Below, piece by piece: positions 58,308-64,000 of a stretch of 64,000 nucleotides of DNA (position 1 is its first letter; the number at the start of each line of letters is the position of its first letter). The notes under the pieces are model-generated. The model was not told the origin of the DNA. It saw nothing but the letters and a program-made list of their open reading frames with translations, and made no database searches. A program made the position numbers and the translations under genes. The stretch lies in contig JAYQJW010000002.1 of NCBI GenBank assembly GCA_038142325.1, forward strand, positions 32,001-96,000, given 5' to 3'. The stretch is from Gammaproteobacteria bacterium (GTDB lineage Bacteria > Pseudomonadota > Gammaproteobacteria > GCA-002705445 > GCA-002716945).

Positions 58308-58658
58308 AAAGATCTATTTTATCTATGCAGTGTGCTTTTTAACTTTAGCACATCAGTTTTTTCTGGTAACAAAATACCAACAATTAATGAGTACTTAAAC
58401 GATAAGACTGATAATTATGACTCATATATATATGGACTAGAGAGTGGACTTGAGTGGGCATCAGAATATTATTACAGAAAACACCAAGTAGAGATTTATT
58501 GTAAACCTGCAGACATAATATTACCAGTCTCTAAACTTAGGGCAATGATTGATAAAACTATTAAATCTAAGCCCGGATTTTTTGAAAAATATAAGGATGA
58601 GCCTTTGCTTGGTCTAGCACTAAGAAATGGTTATATTGAGTCTTTTCCATGTCAATAA
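58294..58658 (+). CDS. Secreted hypothetical protein with a Rap1a-immunity-like pattern (probable N-terminal frameshift)
   Basis: Hydrophobic leader, then YIYGLESG...YCKP...P...AL...FPC* with two Cys, recalling Rap1a-type periplasmic proteins. Confidence 0.55.
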
Positions 58659-58660
58659 AA

Positions 58661-58705
58661 CTTGTTAGACACAGATGAATTTTGTAATATATCTAGTCTA
58701 ACAAG
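58661..58705 (+). promoter_or_regulatory. Sigma70-like promoter bracketed by a 10-bp inverted repeat
   Basis: -35 TTGTTA (58662-58667), 17 bp, -10 TAATAT (58685-58690). CTTGTTAGAC (58661-58670) pairs with GTCTAACAAG (58696-58705). Confidence 0.55.
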
Positions 58706-58728
58706 GTTAATTTACAGGAGGAGTAAAA

Positions 58729-59085
58729 ATGCCGGATCATCCAGTACCACAAGGAGATGACATTATTTTACCAGACGGAACTAAAGTTGGTTCTTGGAAC
58801 GGTGAGGATGTCAAAGATCTCCAAGTAGAAGTTCAAAGAATTATGAAGGAGCAAAAAGCAAGTGGAGCCGATAGAAACAATTTATTAATTCGTTTCGGAA
58901 TACCACATATGGACCAAACTCCAGAACATTTAAAAACTTTTATCGCATACGCTCTTTGGGGCGTAGACAAAAAAGGAATGTGTCTTACTCACAGACGCGC
59001 AGATCACTTTGAATCAGTTGAAAAAATCAACGAGAAATATGGAAGTGAAACTGCTATGGCTGCGGCTCAAAGACATCGTGACTGA
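58729..59085 (+). CDS. Hypothetical protein (118 aa), likely monocistronic
   Basis: Strong RBS AGGAGGAG, intact ORF, candidate promoter upstream and terminator downstream; no recognised family. Confidence 0.85.
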   Translation: MPDHPVPQGDDIILPDGTKVGSWNGEDVKDLQVEVQRIMKEQKASGADRNNLLIRFGIPHMDQTPEHLKTFIAYALWGVDKKGMCLTHRRADHFESVEKINEKYGSETAMAAAQRHRD

Positions 59086-59094
59086 TATTTAATT

Positions 59095-59118
59095 GAGGGG
59101 GCATTCTCTTGCCCCCTT
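59095..59118. terminator. Intrinsic terminator hairpin between convergent genes
   Basis: GAGGGGGCA-TTCTCT-TGCCCCCTT with AT-rich flanks. Confidence 0.7.
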
Positions 59119-59737
59119 ATATTCTCTTAAATAACCAAGAGCTTAAGTCGGTAATCATTGACTTACTTATTGTATGTCCACAATCGTCAACGAATTCTGT
59201 AAAGGCTATTTTTTTATCTTCTAAGTATTGTATTGATTTCTTGTGCGTGTCAATTGATATAGTTGTGTCGTTACTACCGTGGGCTATATATATCTCTTTT
59301 TCTTTATTATCAACTGTAAGAGAAGACGCAGATGGAATATAACCAGAAATTGCAATAATACCATCGCAATCAATATCTGAGCCCAAACCCATTGACAGGG
59401 ACAAAGCCGCACCTTGTGAAAAACCTCCAAGATAAAGTTTCTTGTCTTGTCTTAAATGCTTTTTTAATGACAACAGGATATTTTTTTTAGCAAGTTCTAA
59501 ACCCAGATCATCTTCAATAATCCTTCCATTTTGCTCTGAAGGCAAAGGGTACCATGATCTCTTACCGTTATCCTTTGGTGCATTTGGCATGATTACATGA
59601 AACTTTCCGTCTAGATTTAGATTTAACAATTTAATGAATGGCTCAAAACCCCAATTGTTTGCACCGTACCCATGGAACCATACCAAGTCAGCTTCTGCTG
59701 CACTCCTGTCTCCAACTGTAATTATTTCAAGATCCAT
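59117..59737 (-). CDS. Phospholipase/carboxylesterase-family alpha/beta hydrolase
   Basis: WFHGYGA, PNAP, GGFSQGA, ISGY, AHGSND, GHTIS. Confidence 0.88.
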   Translation of the reverse strand: MDLEIITVGDRSAAEADLVWFHGYGANNWGFEPFIKLLNLNLDGKFHVIMPNAPKDNGKRSWYPLPSEQNGRIIEDDLGLELAKKNILLSLKKHLRQDKKLYLGGFSQGAALSLSMGLGSDIDCDGIIAISGYIPSASSLTVDNKEKEIYIAHGSNDTTISIDTHKKSIQYLEDKKIAFTEFVDDCGHTISKSMITDLSSWLFKRI

Positions 59738-59787
59738 TAATGCTAAAACCAATTAAATCTACATGTGAATTAGACTATAATATCAGA

Positions 59788-59922
59788 ATGTTAAACTTTT
59801 CTCGTTCTAATCTTTTAACTATATTCACATTTATATGCGCTTTGGTCATATTATCTAGTTGTGGTAACAAAGGGCCTCTTACGCCTCCAACAAATGTAAC
59901 TTATTCAAGTGTTATCAATTGA
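59788..59922 (+). CDS. Small lipoprotein, LptM/LppL/YifL family
   Basis: Lipobox LSSC followed by GNKGPL.PP; canonical position upstream of lysA-dapF. Confidence 0.85.
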   Translation: MLNFSRSNLLTIFTFICALVILSSCGNKGPLTPPTNVTYSSVIN

Positions 59923-61154
59923 AAAACCTTCATTATAAAAATAATAAGTTATTTTTTGAAAATATTGATCTTGATAATTTATCGAATGAGTTACCGACAC
60001 CATTCTATTTGTACTCACAAAAGTCTATAAAGGAAAATATAAATGAATATCTAAGTTCTGCTAATTCTCGAACATTGTTTTGTTATTCAGTAAAAGCAAA
60101 CTCTAATATGACTATTTTAAATCTCATTGCATCTGAAGGCTTAGGTTTCGATGTTGTGTCACAGGGAGAGCTATATCGCGCTCTTCAAACAGGTGTTAGT
60201 ACAAAAAAAATTGTTTATTCAGGCGTAGGGAAAACAAGAGATGAAATAAAATACGCACTCGAAAATAATATCTTATGCTTCAATGTGGAATCTAAAGATG
60301 AGCTTATAACTATTAATCAGGAAGCGTCGTCAATGGGTCTTATTGCTGATATTTCTATAAGAGTAAATCCTAATGTAAAGGTTGAGACCCATCCCTATAT
60401 CTCTACAGGTATGAAAGATAATAAATTTGGCATCCAATATGAACATGTTATTGATATCTACAAACATGCCAGAAAGTTAGAATCAATAAATATAATAGGA
60501 ATTGATTTTCATATTGGCTCTCAAATAATGTCGACCAGCCCATATTTAGAATCTATCTCATCAGTAAAAAGAATTGTACAAGAACTCAATGATTGTAAAA
60601 TTAAAATCACTCACATCGATGTCGGAGGCGGACTTGGTATTTCATATACGGATGAAAGTCAAATAGACAGATCTAATTATGTTGCAAAAATATTAGATAG
60701 TTTTAAAGACATCAATGTGGATATAATCTTTGAGCCCGGGAGATCAATAATTGGCGATTGTGGAATTTTAGTTAGTACTGTTCAGTACACTAAAGAGTCA
60801 GACCATAAAAACTTTTTAATTGTTGACGCAAGTATGTCGGAGCTGATGAGACCAGCGCTTTATGATGCCTACCACAAAATTACACCTATAATTAAGACTG
60901 ATGCATCCTGCAAAAAATATGATGTTGTAGGACCTGTTTGTGAAAGTGCTGACTTTCTCGGCAAAGAAAGAGAATTAAATTGTAAAGTTGGTGATAAAGT
61001 TGTTGTTGAAGATACAGGCGCATATGGGTTCGTATTATCATCAAATTACAACAGTCGGCCTAGACCTGCTGAATATCTTATTAGTGATGGTAAGGTTAAA
61101 CTTATACGATCAGCAGAAACTATTGAACAGATTGTTCAAAACGAAAATTGCTAA
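59919..61154 (+). CDS. lysA: Diaminopimelate decarboxylase
   Basis: TPFYLYS, YSVKANS, DVVSQGEL, HIGSQ, GGGLG, EPGR, GPVCESAD, GAYG, SNYNSRP. Confidence 0.96.
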   Translation: MKNLHYKNNKLFFENIDLDNLSNELPTPFYLYSQKSIKENINEYLSSANSRTLFCYSVKANSNMTILNLIASEGLGFDVVSQGELYRALQTGVSTKKIVYSGVGKTRDEIKYALENNILCFNVESKDELITINQEASSMGLIADISIRVNPNVKVETHPYISTGMKDNKFGIQYEHVIDIYKHARKLESINIIGIDFHIGSQIMSTSPYLESISSVKRIVQELNDCKIKITHIDVGGGLGISYTDESQIDRSNYVAKILDSFKDINVDIIFEPGRSIIGDCGILVSTVQYTKESDHKNFLIVDASMSELMRPALYDAYHKITPIIKTDASCKKYDVVGPVCESADFLGKERELNCKVGDKVVVEDTGAYGFVLSSNYNSRPRPAEYLISDGKVKLIRSAETIEQIVQNENC

Positions 61155-61807
61155 AGCGTATACCTGAACCAGACTTAATGGATAGTGATGAGCAAGCGCA
61201 AGCCTACGCAAGTGCAGACTTTTCTGATGCAAACAAAATCTTTATGTCTAACATGCTATCTGTTATTTCTTCACTACATGGTAAAGCTATTTTAGATGTT
61301 GGGTGTGGCGATGGTGAGATAATTATAGATATTAGAAAAAGGTTTAATTGCGCTCTTACGGCAATTGATGGCTCAGCATCTATGCTTAAACAGTTTTTAT
61401 TAAAATCAGTTAAAAATAACATTCAGGATGTTTGTGTTATAAATGAAAGGATAGAAAAACACCCTTTTAAAAATAATAGCTTTGACTTTGTGATATGCAA
61501 TAGCTTGCTTCATCACGTAGAAAACCCTCAACTCTTTTGGGAGAAAGTTATCGACATAACTAAACCAGGAGGGTATGTGTTTGCAATGGACTTAGTAAGG
61601 CCGCATAGTCTTATGAGCCTTAATAATATTTTACAAAAGCACGGAAATGATAATCAAGTATTAATGAAAGATTTCAAGAATTCCTTGATGGCAGCATATA
61701 CCGTTAACGAAGTTGAGAAACAAATAAGTATATTCAAAGGAATAAAATCAATAATTAATATTGTCTCTGATAGACATTTTTTTGTTACTATACACGTAGA
61801 GAAATGA
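61148..61807 (+). CDS. Class I SAM-dependent methyltransferase, substrate unknown
   Basis: RIPEPDLMD...QAQAYASADF, LDVGCGDG, IDGSASML, NSLLHH, DLVRP. Confidence 0.85.
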   Translation: MLKRIPEPDLMDSDEQAQAYASADFSDANKIFMSNMLSVISSLHGKAILDVGCGDGEIIIDIRKRFNCALTAIDGSASMLKQFLLKSVKNNIQDVCVINERIEKHPFKNNSFDFVICNSLLHHVENPQLFWEKVIDITKPGGYVFAMDLVRPHSLMSLNNILQKHGNDNQVLMKDFKNSLMAAYTVNEVEKQISIFKGIKSIINIVSDRHFFVTIHVEK

Positions 61808-62658
61808 TTCCATATACTAAATTGAACAGCCAAGGTAATGACTTTATCTTAGTTGAGCATAGCAATTTATCATCTCAATTAACCCCTGATAAGATTAAAC
61901 ATTATTCAAACAGGAAGGTTATTGGGTGCGATCAATTTTTTATAGTTGATACCACAACATTAGATAATGTAAATTGTGATGTTTATAATCAAGATGGATC
62001 TAAGGCTAGCCAATGCGGCAATGGATTGCGTGCCACAATGTTATATCTTCATAAAAAATATAATATAAACACGACAAATTTAATTGTATGCAATAAAAGC
62101 TATCCTGCAGAAATCAACGATGACCTTATTTCTATAGATATGGGAAGTCCACAATATATTGACAATATAATTAATAGCGCACCAGAATACTCTATAACTA
62201 AAAATGGACTAGTTCTTACATTGAATCACAACGATACATCATTAAAGTTTTCTTTTATTCCCATAACAATTGGAAATAGTCATTGTGTTGTTTTTTCGGA
62301 CAACTGTATTGATGTAAAAGAGCGTATCAGCAAAATAATTGATGATATTTATGATAAGACCATGAACATTGGTTTCATAGAAAATGCATCTAACTTTCTC
62401 AATGATTGTACCACTGTCGTCAAACTTACTGTAAATGAGCGTGGTGCTGGTTACACCAAGTCATGCGGTAGTGGAGCTACTGCTGCTGCAATATGTTTAT
62501 TTAGACTCTATGAACTCAAATCCGAGTCCAAAGTAAAAAATTCTCTAATAAAAATCAGACAAGTTGGCGGGGAACTTGAGATTATTAAAAATTATAATCC
62601 AGATAGTTTCAAACTAATTGGCCCAAGCTCTATTGATGGTGAGGGAAATCTTGAATAG
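61804..62658 (+). CDS. dapF: Diaminopimelate epimerase
   Basis: GNDF, IGCDQ, NQDGS..SQCGNG, GNSHCV, ERGAG.T.SCGSG. Confidence 0.93.
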   Translation: MIPYTKLNSQGNDFILVEHSNLSSQLTPDKIKHYSNRKVIGCDQFFIVDTTTLDNVNCDVYNQDGSKASQCGNGLRATMLYLHKKYNINTTNLIVCNKSYPAEINDDLISIDMGSPQYIDNIINSAPEYSITKNGLVLTLNHNDTSLKFSFIPITIGNSHCVVFSDNCIDVKERISKIIDDIYDKTMNIGFIENASNFLNDCTTVVKLTVNERGAGYTKSCGSGATAAAICLFRLYELKSESKVKNSLIKIRQVGGELEIIKNYNPDSFKLIGPSSIDGEGNLE

Positions 62659-63532
62659 CAGTGATCAACAAATAGAAAGCTTCTTAAGCTATCTTAGGAA
62701 TGAAAAGCTTTACACTAAGGATACTCTCATAAATTATAAAAATGACCTTACGCAATTTCAAGAGTATATGAAATCATATCAGTCTAATATTATTAATTCT
62801 GATAAGCAGAATTTAGAGAAATTCTTCATGAACCTCCACTCTTTTGGCTTATCTCCAGCATCTCTTGCAAGGAAAGCCTCAACGTTAAGATCATTTTTTT
62901 TATACTTATTAAAAACTTCTCAAATTTCATCAACGCCAATGTCGGGCATTAAGACACCTAAGCTATCTAAAAAATTACCTAATATTCTCTCTATTGGCGA
63001 TATAGATAAACTATGCGACATAAGAGAAAGCAATAATGCTGCTAAAAGAGACAAGGCAATAATTGAAGTAATGTATAGTTCTGCTTTAAGGTTAAGTGAA
63101 TTATCAACATTAGATATTGATTCGGTTGATCTCGTTTCAAAATCTATTAAGGTTCTGGGAAAAGGGAAAAAAGAAAGAATACTACCGCTGGGCATGAAAG
63201 CCATAGAAGCTATAAGTGAGTGGATATCAAGAAGAGAAGAGTACAAGCCTGAAAACAATGCCTTATTTTTAAATAAGTTTGGCGGCAGATTATCTAATAG
63301 ATCTATACAAAATAGGATTGATTATTGGGTGAAAAAACAAGGCTTGAATTGTAAGATATCGCCCCATACATTACGTCATAGTTGTGCAACACATTTATTG
63401 GAAGCATCTGGAGACCTTAGAGCAGTACAAGAGTTTTTAGGTCATGAGGATATAAGTACAACACAGATATATACAAATTTAGATTTTGAGCATTTAAATA
63501 AGGTTTACAATAATAGTCACCCTAGGGCATAA
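62651..63532 (+). CDS. xerC: Tyrosine recombinase XerC
   Basis: Catalytic residues in LRLSEL, GKGKKER, PHTLRHS, LGH and TQIYT; dapF-xerC-hslV synteny. Confidence 0.92.
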   Translation: MNSSDQQIESFLSYLRNEKLYTKDTLINYKNDLTQFQEYMKSYQSNIINSDKQNLEKFFMNLHSFGLSPASLARKASTLRSFFLYLLKTSQISSTPMSGIKTPKLSKKLPNILSIGDIDKLCDIRESNNAAKRDKAIIEVMYSSALRLSELSTLDIDSVDLVSKSIKVLGKGKKERILPLGMKAIEAISEWISRREEYKPENNALFLNKFGGRLSNRSIQNRIDYWVKKQGLNCKISPHTLRHSCATHLLEASGDLRAVQEFLGHEDISTTQIYTNLDFEHLNKVYNNSHPRA

Positions 63533-63535
63533 ATT

Positions 63536-64000
63536 ATGAATACTAATGAGAAATTTCATGGGACAACAATAGTTGGAGTAAGAAGAGACAACGAAATAGT
63601 TGTTGGTGGAGATGGACAGGTAACACTTGGAAACACTGTTATGAAAAATAATGCCAAGAAAGTTAGAAGATTATACAAGGATAATGTTTTGGCAGGCTTT
63701 GCTGGCGCGACAGCAGATGCATTTACACTTTTTGAAAAATTTGAAGGCAAGCTAGAAAAATACAGTGGTCATTTAACTAGATCAGCTGTTGAGTTAGCTA
63801 AAGAATGGAGAACAGACAAGATGCTACGTAACCTTGAAGCTTTACTAATTGTCGCTGATAAGGACGCATCATTACTTATATCTGGTAATGGCGATGTTAT
63901 AGAACCACAAGATTCAATAATAGCAATAGGAAGCGGTGGTTCTTATGCACAGTCAGCCGCTAAAGCCTTATACGAAAACACTAAACTTTCTGCTGAGGAT
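63536..64000 (+). CDS. hslV: ATP-dependent protease subunit HslV (runs off the window)
   Basis: [41 protein letters not shown]. Confidence 0.95.
   Translation, partial: MNTNEKFHGTTIVGVRRDNEIVVGGDGQVTLGNTVMKNNAKKVRRLYKDNVLAGFAGATADAFTLFEKFEGKLEKYSGHLTRSAVELAKEWRTDKMLRNLEALLIVADKDASLLISGNGDVIEPQDSIIAIGSGGSYAQSAAKALYENTKLSAED

Noticed and set aside
62651-63532. Tyrosine recombinase as a possible integrase or mobile element
   Set aside because: Size, motifs and dapF-xerC-hslV context identify housekeeping XerC; no att sites or cargo are visible.

Overview
This is a 64-kb chromosomal segment spanning the replication origin of an AT-rich, streamlined, probably marine gammaproteobacterium. Left to right it holds: the edge of a polysaccharide locus (gmd, manC, wzz-like) ending at tRNA-Thr(CGT); thiS-thiG-trmB; sulP; tas; plsC-gmhB-GlyRS; glnA-ntrBC with a clear sigma54 promoter and NtrC enhancers; gpsA-secB-yibN-arsR and ctpA; a small accessory block (hydrolase, SHOCT protein, 45-aa membrane peptide, SRAP, unknown protein); acs; a green-tuned proteorhodopsin with crtI-crtB-crtY-blh; DUF2805/YtoQ; glmS-glmU; the full atp operon; parBA-rsmG-mnmG-mnmE-yidC-yidD-rnpA-rpmH; dnaA-(DnaA boxes)-dnaN-recF (two parS sites)-gyrB-xth; an orphan ParA; hemCD; argH; two unknown genes; and lptM-lysA-methyltransferase-dapF-xerC-hslV. 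More than 30 genes, including essential ones, are broken by single indels, often at homopolymers. I read these as uncorrected long-read errors, so split ORFs are merged below. The most notable signals are: (1) a Thermus-like homodimeric GlyRS in the slot normally held by glyQ-glyS; (2) glutamine synthetase with Phe at the GlnE adenylylation Tyr; (3) a strongly expressed-looking 118-aa orphan gene with an inverted-repeat-bracketed promoter, next to a Rap1a-like gene; (4) a proteorhodopsin/retinal cluster lacking crtE/idi that runs into an unannotated 23-aa membrane peptide and acs; (5) a probable minimal oriC between dnaA and dnaN. I saw no CRISPR array, prophage, IS element or rRNA. All calls come from motif recognition and synteny; no database searches were run.
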